The position numbers and the translations under genes are program-made. 64,000 nucleotides of DNA from Nitrosopumilus sp. (GTDB lineage Archaea; Thermoproteota; Nitrososphaeria; Nitrososphaerales; Nitrosopumilaceae). How positions within the stretch are numbered: position 1 is the first letter of the stretch; each line of letters opens with the position of its first letter. The notes below the pieces were generated by a model, which ran no database searches, had not been told where the DNA came from, and worked only from the letters and a program-made list of their open reading frames with translations. This document shows positions 19,887 through 29,569 of the stretch, one piece after another. Location: positions 1,728,001-1,792,000 of the forward strand of contig OZ242220.1 in assembly GCA_965206745.1 (NCBI GenBank), read 5' to 3'.

Positions 19887-20462
19887 ATGCTAGTGAACCA
19901 AATGCAAATCCAGATAAACCCCAGGATGTCTTTATTATTTGCATTGAATAAATATCAGATTCTAATCATTGCAGTTGCAGTACTGGCTACCGCCCTTGTC
20001 TTGACAATTACCATGAATACATCAATAACACTACCTGAGCCAGTCGATGGCGACCTTACTCATTCTATTGAGGTACTGACTAGTCCCTCTGAGATAGACG
20101 GGCTGAACCGAAAGACGCCTTATCTTCCACCAAAGATTACAGAGCAGGAACTGGTACATGAAAAAATAAAGCAGGGTGTGGTGTATGTTTTGGGTGCATC
20201 AAATGCACCGGAAATAAAAGGACAGGTAATTTTCAGTACTGATTATCCCCCATCCAAATACAAGATTACTCAACCCGGCCCGTTTGATTACATAACTGAA
20301 ATTTACGTCACGGACAAAGAATTCAATCAGTACAGATCGTGGGCAGATGAAAACCTGGTTCCAAAGGGGGTTGAACACGATTCTGACAGTTATTATTTTG
20401 AGTATGATGGGGAGATTATCATAATGAACTTTGTAGATACAGTCATGCGACAAGGCAACTAA
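19887..20462 (+). CDS. Paralog family A member; C-terminus formed by an IS-end remnant
   Basis: NRKTPYLPP, SWADENL, YYFEYDGE; last codons overlap gatacagtcatgcgacaaggca. Confidence 0.8.
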   Translation: MLVNQMQIQINPRMSLLFALNKYQILIIAVAVLATALVLTITMNTSITLPEPVDGDLTHSIEVLTSPSEIDGLNRKTPYLPPKITEQELVHEKIKQGVVYVLGASNAPEIKGQVIFSTDYPPSKYKITQPGPFDYITEIYVTDKEFNQYRSWADENLVPKGVEHDSDSYYFEYDGEIIIMNFVDTVMRQGN

Positions 20463-20659
20463 GACCCCGTCATCCTCCCAGTCTCATCTCCAATTCCTCC
20501 TGCAATCAGCATCAATGCAATAGCCGAATCTGCAGATTGCAGTTACAGTCTTGACTAGTAACCACACAGGCGTGAATCATTCGATGATCCCGGGAGACTA
20601 GGGGCGATACAGTCATGCAACAAGATGCTTTTATTTCTCTGATACCTGATTCTATTTTT

Positions 20660-21628
20660 TCAGTTCTCAGGATACTCGTTGGCTATTGTTCCGTCAGCCA
20701 AATAAGTGAATTTTGTATTCCCGTTCTCCCAGTACTCTGCATATAATATTCCATTTTCGCGATAGTGGAATTTTTTCTTTCTGTTTTGATCTTCTGCATA
20801 CTCGTACTCGATCTGTCCATTTGGATGATAATTATATCTTATATTCCCGTTTTCATACCATTCATCTGTGATTCTGCCTTTATCATCATAACCTGTTTTC
20901 CGTTTCCCATCTTCCCAGTACTCCATTCGTGTACTGCCATCCTCATAGTATGATACTTTGTTGGTTCCGTCTTCACGGAATTCCATTCGTGTACTGCCAT
21001 CCTCATAGTATGATACTTTGCTGGTTCCGTCTTCACGGAATTCCATTCGTGTACTGCCATCCTCATAGTATGATATTTTGCGGGTTCCGTCTTCATGGAA
21101 TTCTTCTAACAGGTTTCCATTCTTGGAATAAGATGCTTTCTGATTCCCGTTTTCCCAATACACCCTTCCCGTGTTTCCATTATTCCAGTATGATATTATG
21201 GGGGTTCCGTCTTCACGGAATTCACTAGCTTTTGTTGTCATGTTTCCAACAAGCCAATAGTCTGTTTTCACGTTTCCATTATCCCAGTATTCCGTTTTAC
21301 TGTCATCTATTCTTTCTATCGATAATGGATCATCGGAGGGGACTCGTGGCTGATGATGACAATATTCGGATACTTTGAGAAATTTTTCTTCTTGAGCAGG
21401 TGTCATGTCTGTGCCGTCAAAGTCGTCTATGACATTGCAATCCCTATTAGCCAGAACCTGATCCAGCTGTGACTGACTGCCGGCAGCTACTGTTACAATT
21501 GCTGCAACTGCGACAATCCCGATAATAATGTAAATGTATTTCATTTGAACACTTAAATTTTTAGGGATTGCAGGAGTATCCAATAATTTTAAAGAGATTG
21601 CCCATTTTAAAAAAATTGTGTTTTGCAT
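20660..21628 (-). CDS. Membrane-anchored MORN-variant repeat protein
   Basis: TM anchor, Cys pair, EYWDNG/YEDG repeats, three 60-bp near-perfect tandem units at ~20920-21100; real start probably MKYIY (~21544). Confidence 0.8.
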   Translation of the reverse strand: MQNTIFLKWAISLKLLDTPAIPKNLSVQMKYIYIIIGIVAVAAIVTVAAGSQSQLDQVLANRDCNVIDDFDGTDMTPAQEEKFLKVSEYCHHQPRVPSDDPLSIERIDDSKTEYWDNGNVKTDYWLVGNMTTKASEFREDGTPIISYWNNGNTGRVYWENGNQKASYSKNGNLLEEFHEDGTRKISYYEDGSTRMEFREDGTSKVSYYEDGSTRMEFREDGTNKVSYYEDGSTRMEYWEDGKRKTGYDDKGRITDEWYENGNIRYNYHPNGQIEYEYAEDQNRKKKFHYRENGILYAEYWENGNTKFTYLADGTIANEYPEN

Positions 21629-21653
21629 GACTCAGTTCAGATGATTGTTTGCG

Positions 21654-21698
21654 GTTCTGGTTACAAATGGTGATTGAATCACTGTGTTTGACCAGAAC
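21654..21698. repeat. ~46-bp palindromic repeat, copy 3
   Basis: gttctggttacaaatggtgattgaatcactgtgtttgaccagaac. Confidence 0.8.
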
Positions 21699-21820
21699 AT
21701 GCCCATGCAGTCAAATCTCCGATGATTCCCAAAAGAATTGGCAAAAGATACCATATGGAACACTCTACCCATGTTTTAACTCATCCTCATATCCTAGATC
21801 ACCATTTCTGATTAGCGTCA

Positions 21821-22387
21821 TCATGGCACTATTACAGGCTCAAGATCCTCTGTGTACGCCTGATTATAACTTTGTATATTTTCTTCATCCATAAAGATCA
21901 CTTCAACGACCTCCCCATCATACTCAAAATAATAACGGTTAAAATCGTGATCAACTCCTTTTGGAATCAGGTTTTCATCTGCCCACGATTGGTACTGATT
22001 GAATTCATCATGTGTGACGTAAATGTAAGTTTCAGAACCGAATGCACTGAGTTGAACAACACTATATTTGGATGGAGGATGATCGGTACTGAAAATCATC
22101 TCTCCTTGTATTTGTACATTTGATGCACCCATAACATACACCACTCCCTGCTTTATTTTTTCATGTACCAGATCCTGCTCTGTAAGGGTTGGTGGGAGAT
22201 AGGGTGTCCTTCGGTTCAATCCGTCTATCTCAGAGGGAGTAGTCTCTACTTTAATAAAATGAGTAAGGTCGTTATCGGCAGGATCAGGACTCGGTAAGAA
22301 CATAGATGCATTCATGGCCATTGCCAAGACAAGGACGGCAGCCAGTATTCCAGTCGCAATGATTGGAATCTGATATTTAGTGTTCAA
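21821..22387 (-). CDS. Paralog family A member
   Basis: NRRTPYLPP, KIKQG, SWADENL, YYFEYDGE. Confidence 0.8.
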   Translation of the reverse strand: MNTKYQIPIIATGILAAVLVLAMAMNASMFLPSPDPADNDLTHFIKVETTPSEIDGLNRRTPYLPPTLTEQDLVHEKIKQGVVYVMGASNVQIQGEMIFSTDHPPSKYSVVQLSAFGSETYIYVTHDEFNQYQSWADENLIPKGVDHDFNRYYFEYDGEVVEVIFMDEENIQSYNQAYTEDLEPVIVP

Positions 22388-22458
22388 TAGAAAAAAATGA
22401 AATCGTTTTTGCGTTGTTTTTCGTCATTGGTAGTATCACACTGTAGAGATTAATAGGG

Positions 22459-22494
22459 ATTGTGTACAATTTACAGCTGTAATTTGTACACAAT
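22459..22494. promoter_or_regulatory. 36-bp near-perfect palindrome, putative operator
   Basis: attgtgtacaatttacagctgtaatttgtacacaat; degenerate copy at ~2762-2793 upstream of paralog 2826. Confidence 0.55.
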
Positions 22495-22714
22495 GGTTTT
22501 AAGCAAGTGCACGAGGTTTTACAATGTAACTTCCATTGACGGTTTTGTGTAATCTTGGGAGGCCTGAAACATGGATCTTGTTCTGATTCAAAAATTCCTC
22601 AAATCACATCCTCTTGAAGGCAGGCCCCCACATCCGGAATTGAGCAGGCAGTCAAATATCCCCGGCTTCAGACCGTATAGGAACTTTTATTCATTTGAAT
22701 GAAACTAGCTTATC

Positions 22715-23965
22715 ATGAACTTTACACACAAGATCCTAGTGCTGGTGGCACTACAGATCATACTAATCATTACAAGCTTTTTGATCATAGTATACTTTGA
22801 GTCCCAGACTGCCCTTACTGGAAACAGGGTCAATATTGCCGGCAAGAACAGGGTATTGACAAGTCTGGTTCATGTGAATATGATTCAGAGCATGTATAGT
22901 GGTGCAGATGATGTCAGGGTGGTCACAGCACTTGAGGATTTGGAGGAGAACATTATGTTTCTCAGGGATGGGGGAATGCTAAATGACATCGAGATACCTC
23001 CTCTTCCATCAGAGTTTGTAGCCGATTGGGGTGCCGTATGGACCAAATTCACAGCATATGATAGTGTTATCAGATCCTCATTGAGTGATCTCAATCTTGA
23101 TGATGTGGACCAAGTCATGAATATAGATACAACAAACTTGGAACTAGTGGGTGTCTCTGACTCGCTCACCAGGAAGCTAGGCGACAGCGTGGATGACCTC
23201 TCTGATCATCTTATAATGCTTCAGATTACACTAGGTATAGTAAACGTGATGGTGCACGTTTTTATGATCATATTCGTACTTCGGATCTTCAAAAGTCACA
23301 CAGAGCAGAAGATAAAGACAGAACGGTTTACCACCATAGGCCAGTTTGCATCCCTGATGGCCCATGATCTGAGGAATCCACTTGGAGCGATAAGAAACTC
23401 GCTTGTAATAATAACTGGTCGCAACGACGGTAACAACGAGGTGATCGACTCTGAGTGCTCCAGAATCGACCGTTCCATAAACAGGATGGCCCACCAGATA
23501 GACGGCGTCATGCACTATGCACGCAATGTCCCACTCTTCACAAAGTCATGTTCCATGTGTGAGATCATACATAGGAGCATGGAGACGATAAATATCCCAG
23601 AAAATATAGACACAAAGTTTCCAGAGAATGACACGGCAATAACGTGTGACTCGACAAAGATGGAGTTTGTCTTTACAAACCTAATGCTCAACGCGATTCA
23701 GGCAATAGGCAGCAATAAAGGCAGCATCACAATACGGCTGACAGACCGACCTGCAGAAATCGCCCTTGAGTTTGAAAATTCCGGTCCTGCAATACCGGAA
23801 GAGAACCTACAGCGCATATTCGAACCGCTCTTTACGACAAAGATGCAGGGAACGGGTCTGGGCCTGGTCAGCTGTACGGGGATAGTTCAACGGCACGGCG
23901 GGCACATCACCGTGCGAAATGATCCGGTCACATTTACAGTGGTGATCCCAAAGGAAGGTATCTGA
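22715..23965 (+). CDS. Membrane sensor histidine kinase
   Basis: Two TMs, H-box MAHDLRNPL, N-box NLMLNAIQA, F-box FEPLFTTK, G2 GTGLGL. Confidence 0.93.
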   Translation: MNFTHKILVLVALQIILIITSFLIIVYFESQTALTGNRVNIAGKNRVLTSLVHVNMIQSMYSGADDVRVVTALEDLEENIMFLRDGGMLNDIEIPPLPSEFVADWGAVWTKFTAYDSVIRSSLSDLNLDDVDQVMNIDTTNLELVGVSDSLTRKLGDSVDDLSDHLIMLQITLGIVNVMVHVFMIIFVLRIFKSHTEQKIKTERFTTIGQFASLMAHDLRNPLGAIRNSLVIITGRNDGNNEVIDSECSRIDRSINRMAHQIDGVMHYARNVPLFTKSCSMCEIIHRSMETINIPENIDTKFPENDTAITCDSTKMEFVFTNLMLNAIQAIGSNKGSITIRLTDRPAEIALEFENSGPAIPEENLQRIFEPLFTTKMQGTGLGLVSCTGIVQRHGGHITVRNDPVTFTVVIPKEGI

Positions 23966-24330
23966 TGCATTCTAAGAAGATTCTGATCATCGATGATGAC
24001 GTGGAGTTTCGCGAGTCAATACACATGATTCTAATGGATGTGGATCACAACGTCATCTCCATTCCAAACGCCATCGAGGCTACCTCAGTCTATGCCGAGT
24101 TTGAGCCAGACATAGTGTTTCTGGACATAAGGATGCCCATAGTTGATGGGTATAGTGCCTTTTTTCAGATAACCAGGCGGGATCCTGATGCACGGATAGT
24201 CTTTGTATCAAGCTATGATCTGGATGAGAAAAAGTACAGGCGTGCCATGGATGTCGCACCCGTAGGTGTGCTTGAAAAGCCGCTCAGATTTTCAGATCTC
24301 AAAAAGATGATCAAGATGCACGCAAAATAA
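23965..24330 (+). CDS. Single-domain response regulator (CheY-like)
   Basis: IIDDD, FLDIRMP, KP motifs; translationally coupled to the kinase. Confidence 0.93.
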   Translation: MHSKKILIIDDDVEFRESIHMILMDVDHNVISIPNAIEATSVYAEFEPDIVFLDIRMPIVDGYSAFFQITRRDPDARIVFVSSYDLDEKKYRRAMDVAPVGVLEKPLRFSDLKKMIKMHAK

Positions 24331-24334
24331 GATA

Positions 24335-25174
24335 TCATGGCAAAGCATGCTTGTTCTTCATGCCGCTGACTATTCCGGCATAGTGGGCAGAGGCATTGTG
24401 AAAGAATTCAGAGTACCATCCATGCAGGTCCTCATCACCTTCCAGCATCCTGCGCATTCTCTTGGCCCTGCCCTGTGTCTTTCTGGAGTGCAGATGCGGA
24501 TACATCAGAAACGTATAGAACCAGTATGATATCTGCTCTGCCAGATCCTGCTCTATGATTGATTCCAGGTTTCTGGCATATTTGACATGGATAAACGACA
24601 TGAGTGCGTAGAGGGGATTGCTCGGATCCTGCATTACCTGGCTGTCAAGAAGTATTCCCTTTGCAAGAATCCGCAGCTTGTACACATCACTTTTCAGTGC
24701 CGATTTTAGATCCTTCCACCTGCCAAACACCCTTGGAAGCTGATCTGAATATTTTGATGCCATGGTGTCAATCTCTCTGTTGGTGGGATTCAGGACATCC
24801 ATACAGTACAGTATCCCGTGCAGGGAGAGGCAGTACAAATGGGATATCTTTTTGCCTGTTATTTTCTTACTTTTCAGCACCAGTCCAAGGTCAAACATTC
24901 CGTCGTTGTGGCTGCCTCCATCTGACCTTCCGATGAGGAGCCTTCTGTATCCCTTCTCGTTTGCCCTGATCACGCTAATCTTGGAATGCTGTATCTTTGC
25001 CATCTCCCACGTGGTGCACTGCCCGTTTGTAAACAGGATGTACAACAGTTCTCGCACGTTCCTCTGGTGTTTTGTCAGCCTCTTGCTGTTACCACCGTAC
25101 AGCCTGTGGGCTGCAGGCATGGTGTGAATCTTGTATGACATGAGGTTCCCGTAGCGTATTCCATGTTCAGTCAA
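24335..25174 (-). CDS. Hypothetical protein, possible wHTH-containing regulator
   Basis: 279-aa ORF, CTTWEMAK...YCLSLHG pattern; convergent with the two-component genes. Confidence 0.65.
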   Translation of the reverse strand: MTEHGIRYGNLMSYKIHTMPAAHRLYGGNSKRLTKHQRNVRELLYILFTNGQCTTWEMAKIQHSKISVIRANEKGYRRLLIGRSDGGSHNDGMFDLGLVLKSKKITGKKISHLYCLSLHGILYCMDVLNPTNREIDTMASKYSDQLPRVFGRWKDLKSALKSDVYKLRILAKGILLDSQVMQDPSNPLYALMSFIHVKYARNLESIIEQDLAEQISYWFYTFLMYPHLHSRKTQGRAKRMRRMLEGDEDLHGWYSEFFHNASAHYAGIVSGMKNKHALP

Positions 25175-25420
25175 TGACGTAGATGTGTAATGTTGCTATA
25201 TAATGATGTTAAGAATTGCATCAAGTTACAGTCCGGATTCGTATCATCTTGAGCATGTCCTGCCTCAAACTGGCACAGATGTGTAAATGGGTTTTGTTCA
25301 TCTCGGTTTTTCCGATCCTGCAATAAATATGGGGTTTTTTACAGTTTTCACGCCTAAGAGGCATGCCGTAGGGAGGCAGATGTCGCTAAATAACACCATG
25401 ATGATAGATATGACAATAAC

Positions 25421-26008
25421 ATGAAAAACATGCAAAAATCAGAAATGATTTTTTCAGGTATTAACAACATGAAAAATGCAAAATGTACAATACCGTTCTT
25501 GGCATTAATTTTACTGATACCAGCAGGCATCGATAATTCATTTGCACAAGAATCAAGTCAAAAGGCACCCATCTATGATCCTGCTGTTGTACAATACATC
25601 AAAGAGATCATTTCTCGAAATGGTGAACACACACAAGAGAAAACAATAGACGGGCAAACTATGTCAGTTACAACAAACATCCAAGTAACAGATGGTAGTT
25701 ATGTAGCAAGAACTACAGCTAGTGTAAACGATGAAAGAATAATGTCTGAAACTTTCAGAATAGTTGCAAATGATGATAGCACATACAAACTCATCAATGA
25801 CAATCTGGGAATTGATGAAACGTTTACAGATGTATCTCAAGGTGCAACTGGAGATGCGACTTCATCAACCAGATCTAGCATATCTCTAACCGATAGAGAG
25901 TGTGATACTTTTCATACGTTACTTCCAAGTGACAGTTATTCAGCTTGTTCTACCTTTAATCAAGAACAAATAAAATCTTTAGAGGCTGAACCGGGTGATA
26001 TCCTATAA
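25421..26008 (+). CDS. Hypothetical exported protein
   Basis: Signal-peptide-like FLALILLIPAG..SFA. Confidence 0.6.
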   Translation: MKNMQKSEMIFSGINNMKNAKCTIPFLALILLIPAGIDNSFAQESSQKAPIYDPAVVQYIKEIISRNGEHTQEKTIDGQTMSVTTNIQVTDGSYVARTTASVNDERIMSETFRIVANDDSTYKLINDNLGIDETFTDVSQGATGDATSSTRSSISLTDRECDTFHTLLPSDSYSACSTFNQEQIKSLEAEPGDIL

Positions 26009-26280
26009 TGTACAGGGACAAGGTTCAGATTATTGCAGAAATCATTGCAAGGCTTACAGAATCTGAATCAATAGTAAGGACAAATCTGCTCTCATACTGC
26101 AATCTTAATCCATCAAGGGACCAGTCAATACTAGATGAATTAGAAGAGAAAGATCTCATCAAAAAAGATGTGTACTCTAATGGCAGAAAAACAATCAGCA
26201 AATACGCAATTACGCAGAAAGGGAGAGAATTCCACCAAAGGGTACTAGAGCCATACGGGGAGTTGTTTTGTAGGAAATGA
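26008..26280 (+). CDS. Winged-helix DNA-binding protein (HTH_45-like)
   Basis: YRDKVQIIAEI...TNLLSYCNL...YAITQKGREF. Confidence 0.8.
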   Translation: MYRDKVQIIAEIIARLTESESIVRTNLLSYCNLNPSRDQSILDELEEKDLIKKDVYSNGRKTISKYAITQKGREFHQRVLEPYGELFCRK

Positions 26281-26529
26281 TTTGTTTTGCCTCAGATTCC
26301 GGAAAAACAGGATTCTAGTACAGATTGTCCTTGAATGATAAGCCGGATTAAGGCACACGCAAGTATGGCATCTATATGATTTCACACTTTGTGATTTTTG
26401 AGATGTTTCCATAATTGCAGATCTGAATGAGGGCTTTTTTGATTCAATTTTGTTGGACCGGGGAAGACTAGAGACGATACAGTCATGCAACAAGATACTT
26501 TTATCTTTCTGATACCTGATTCTAGTCTT

Positions 26530-27222
26530 TCAATTCTCAGAATATTGGTCAGCTAATGTCCCATTTTCATGATAGCGGAATTTTTTCTTTCCGTATTCAT
26601 CTTCTGCATATTCGTAGATCTGTCCAGTTGGATGATACCAATATTTTGGATTTCCATTTTCATAGAATTCATTTGTCATTCTGCCTTTATCATCATAACG
26701 TGTTTTCTCATTCCCATTCTCCCAGTACTCCATTTCCGTACTACCATTATCCCAGTATGATATTTTACCGGTTCCGTCTTCACTGTACTCATAATATATT
26801 GTTGTCGAGTTTACAGTATCCCAGTATGATATTTTACCGGTTTCGTCTTCACGGTACTCACGATATATTGTTGTCGAGTTTACAACATCCCAGTATTCTG
26901 TTTTCTTGTTTCCATTATCCCAATATTCTGTTTTACTGTCATCTATTTTTTCTATCGATGGCGGATCATCGAGTCCAATAAACGGATGTAGACCGCAATA
27001 TTCACCTAGTTTACCTAATTTTTCTGCTTGATCTGGAGATATTATCCCGAAGCTAGGGCTATTGGCTAATGCATAGCAATCCCTATTAGCCAGAATCTGA
27101 TCTAGTGACTGTTGACTGCCGATAGCCATTATTACAATTGTTGCAACAGCGATAATCGCGATAATAATGTAAATGTATTCCATTTGAACGCTTGAATTTT
27201 TAGGGACTGCAGGAGTATCCAA
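26530..27222 (-). CDS. Membrane-anchored MORN-variant repeat protein, paralog of 20660
   Basis: LDQILANRDC and IDDSKTEYWDNGN shared; shared flanking DNA. Confidence 0.8.
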   Translation of the reverse strand: MDTPAVPKNSSVQMEYIYIIIAIIAVATIVIMAIGSQQSLDQILANRDCYALANSPSFGIISPDQAEKLGKLGEYCGLHPFIGLDDPPSIEKIDDSKTEYWDNGNKKTEYWDVVNSTTIYREYREDETGKISYWDTVNSTTIYYEYSEDGTGKISYWDNGSTEMEYWENGNEKTRYDDKGRMTNEFYENGNPKYWYHPTGQIYEYAEDEYGKKKFRYHENGTLADQYSEN

Positions 27223-27430
27223 TAATTTTAAAGAGATCGTACATTTTAAAAAAATTGTGCCTTATTGCATGACTCTTCAGATGATTGGTTTGCTCTGCAG
27301 TCTGAACCAAACCATACTCTCTGAGATCATGTCGCCATCTGGAGATGTTTTTGGTGAGACTGTAAGTACGTGTGGACCCTCATACCAGTCAAAGATGGTT
27401 AAAATATGATGAATTACAAGCAAGATTGAT

Positions 27431-27922
27431 TTGGCAAGCAAGCTGGAACTGATATCAAGTGTGCTGAGGACAAGGAGGTACGCATCTGTTGCCATAGTTA
27501 GCGGCACAGGACTTGGAATAATCTACTACTTTTTGACAATGTCGCTGTTTTCATCCCATCTGGAAGTCACAATGAATACAATGCAGTCATACATTATAAC
27601 CTCCGTGGTGCTGACAGTGGTAATATCATCACTGGCAGGGATAAACTTTGCAATGATGGCATTCAAGATAAAGAGGATGAAAATGATGAATTCCGTAAAA
27701 TCAAACTCGTCGGCAGTACTCGGAGGGGCGTTTGCCGCATTCACTCCGGGATGTCCGGCATGTACTGCACCCCTTGCAGTGATTTTAAGTGCAGTCGGTG
27801 GACTCTCACTGTTCCCAATGCAGGGACTGGAGTTAAAGTTCATCTCAGTGGGGGTTTTGACATTCTCCATCTGGTGGATTGCAAGGGGCCTGCAAAGCAA
27901 GAGCTGCTGCAAGATAGGCTGA
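27431..27922 (+). CDS. Membrane protein with CxxC motif
   Basis: Four TMs, PGCPAC, C-terminal SCCK. Confidence 0.75.
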   Translation: MASKLELISSVLRTRRYASVAIVSGTGLGIIYYFLTMSLFSSHLEVTMNTMQSYIITSVVLTVVISSLAGINFAMMAFKIKRMKMMNSVKSNSSAVLGGAFAAFTPGCPACTAPLAVILSAVGGLSLFPMQGLELKFISVGVLTFSIWWIARGLQSKSCCKIG

Positions 27923-28008
27923 GGCATACCAGTAGAGCTGCCAAGTGCAATCCCTTGCTTGAGGAATATAGAGAATGAGTTTTAAATGCACAGATCAATG
28001 CAGTATCC

Positions 28009-28815
28009 GTGAGAAGAAAGAGAGCATTGCTAATCATCCTGCTCGGCATCATCACGGTATCAGGGGTGGACGCGTTTGTAATCGAGCCCAACATCATCGA
28101 GGTAAACGAGATAGACATCACAGGTACGGGAACCGAGATGAAGGTCGGCTTTATTGCGGATTTCCAAAGACAAAACTCTGATCCCGCGTTTGTTCAGCGT
28201 GCAGTCGACATGCTAAATGCAAGAGAACCTGATGTAATAGTGATTGGAGGTGATTTCATAGATACCAGTCTTGATGAGCTGCCGTCCCTTGAGCCGCTGG
28301 GGGGGTTGGATGCCAGATACGGCGTGTATGGCGTACTGGGAAATCACGATTATAGCGTGTATTCTTTTAGCCGGGGCAACGCCAACCTGGAGCTGGCTGA
28401 GGCAGTGATAGAGTATCTTCAGGGGAACGGTCCAATCAGGATTCTCAGAAACGAGAATGTTGCAGTCAAAGACATTAGGATAGTGGGCCTTGACTCTTAC
28501 TGGGCCGGTCTGAGGGATTCAGAGAAGGCCTTTGCAGGTACAGCAGACGAGTTTAAAATTTTATTGTCACACAATCAGAATGACTTGGAGATAAGCAAGG
28601 AGACAGCAGACGTGTATCTGTTCGGGCACACGCACTGCGGACAGGTCAGGCTCCCATATATCGGATCCATACCAAAAATTGCGGGCTTTGAGGGGGAGTA
28701 CGACTATAAGCACTATATCGTCAACGGCGCTGACGTGTACACGACGTGCGGCCTGGCCCCTGCGCCAAGGTTCTTCAATCCGCCTGAAATCACAATCATA
28801 AACTTGTTAGAGTAG
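28009..28815 (+). CDS. Calcineurin-like metallophosphoesterase (YkuE-like)
   Basis: ADFQ, GGDF.D, GNHD, LSHN, GHTHCGQ. Confidence 0.9.
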   Translation: MRRKRALLIILLGIITVSGVDAFVIEPNIIEVNEIDITGTGTEMKVGFIADFQRQNSDPAFVQRAVDMLNAREPDVIVIGGDFIDTSLDELPSLEPLGGLDARYGVYGVLGNHDYSVYSFSRGNANLELAEAVIEYLQGNGPIRILRNENVAVKDIRIVGLDSYWAGLRDSEKAFAGTADEFKILLSHNQNDLEISKETADVYLFGHTHCGQVRLPYIGSIPKIAGFEGEYDYKHYIVNGADVYTTCGLAPAPRFFNPPEITIINLLE

Positions 28816-28860
28816 GCTCTGGTCAAATACAGTGATCAGACCACCATTTATGACCAGAAC
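28816..28860. repeat. ~46-bp palindromic repeat, copy 4
   Basis: gctctggtcaaatacagtgatcagaccaccatttatgaccagaac, abutting the stop codon. Confidence 0.85.
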
Positions 28861-28995
28861 TTCTCATTTTGAACAAGCTGCCATTTTAGTGGTAAAATAC
28901 CCATCATATTATAGATTGATTTCAAGTAATGAGGGGCACTCATTAATGGAAAAATTATTTATCAAAGGTTTAAGAAAAGGAAAGAGGATGTTTGG

Positions 28996-29298
28996 ATGAC
29001 TGCAAATATAATGACTAAATCAAAAATTGGAAAATCAAACACATCAGCAATGGAACTATTCATGGCAGTTGATTCACCATCGGATGAAAAATTGAATGAT
29101 TTTAGAAAAAATTCAGAGTGGTTTGCTCAAAACAAAGATAGCTTGAGAAAGAAATATGGAGAAAGTTATGTTGCAATTTATGAGAATAAAATTTGTCTTA
29201 CAGATAAAGACCCGATAAAATTACTCAAACAGGTTAAAGTGAAATATGGTCATGATCCAAGTGTTGTAGTAAGCTTTATTGGCTCTAGTCAAGAGTAG
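28996..29298 (+). CDS. DUF5678-like protein, copy 1 (C-terminus replaced)
   Basis: WF..N...LRKKYG..YVAI..NKI pattern; diverges from copy 2 after SFIG. Confidence 0.7.
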   Translation: MTANIMTKSKIGKSNTSAMELFMAVDSPSDEKLNDFRKNSEWFAQNKDSLRKKYGESYVAIYENKICLTDKDPIKLLKQVKVKYGHDPSVVVSFIGSSQE

Positions 29299-29563
29299 TA
29301 ATTCAATTATAGTATTACACCACTCAGAAGATACGTTGAAGATTAGATTTTATCTGCTGGCTCTGCTATCAGGCTTGTTTCTCATTGTGGCCTTGCCTGT
29401 CGGAATTGTATTTTTGGTCTTTGTTGCCCTGTACTATGTGGTTTCCAATAGGGAGGAAACCAGGATTGAGCCTGCTAGTGCTGATGCACATCCCCCGGAT
29501 CCCGACTTTAACAGCTTGTTTAACAATGAAGACTTTGTAAACGAGCAAGAAAAGTTAAGATGA
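29279..29563 (+). CDS. Small membrane protein, copy 1
   Basis: Hydrophobic hairpin; 92/94 aa identical to 33970-34254; real start may be TTG at LKIRF. Confidence 0.6.
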   Translation: MALVKSSNSIIVLHHSEDTLKIRFYLLALLSGLFLIVALPVGIVFLVFVALYYVVSNREETRIEPASADAHPPDPDFNSLFNNEDFVNEQEKLR

Positions 29564-29569
29564 TTTAAT

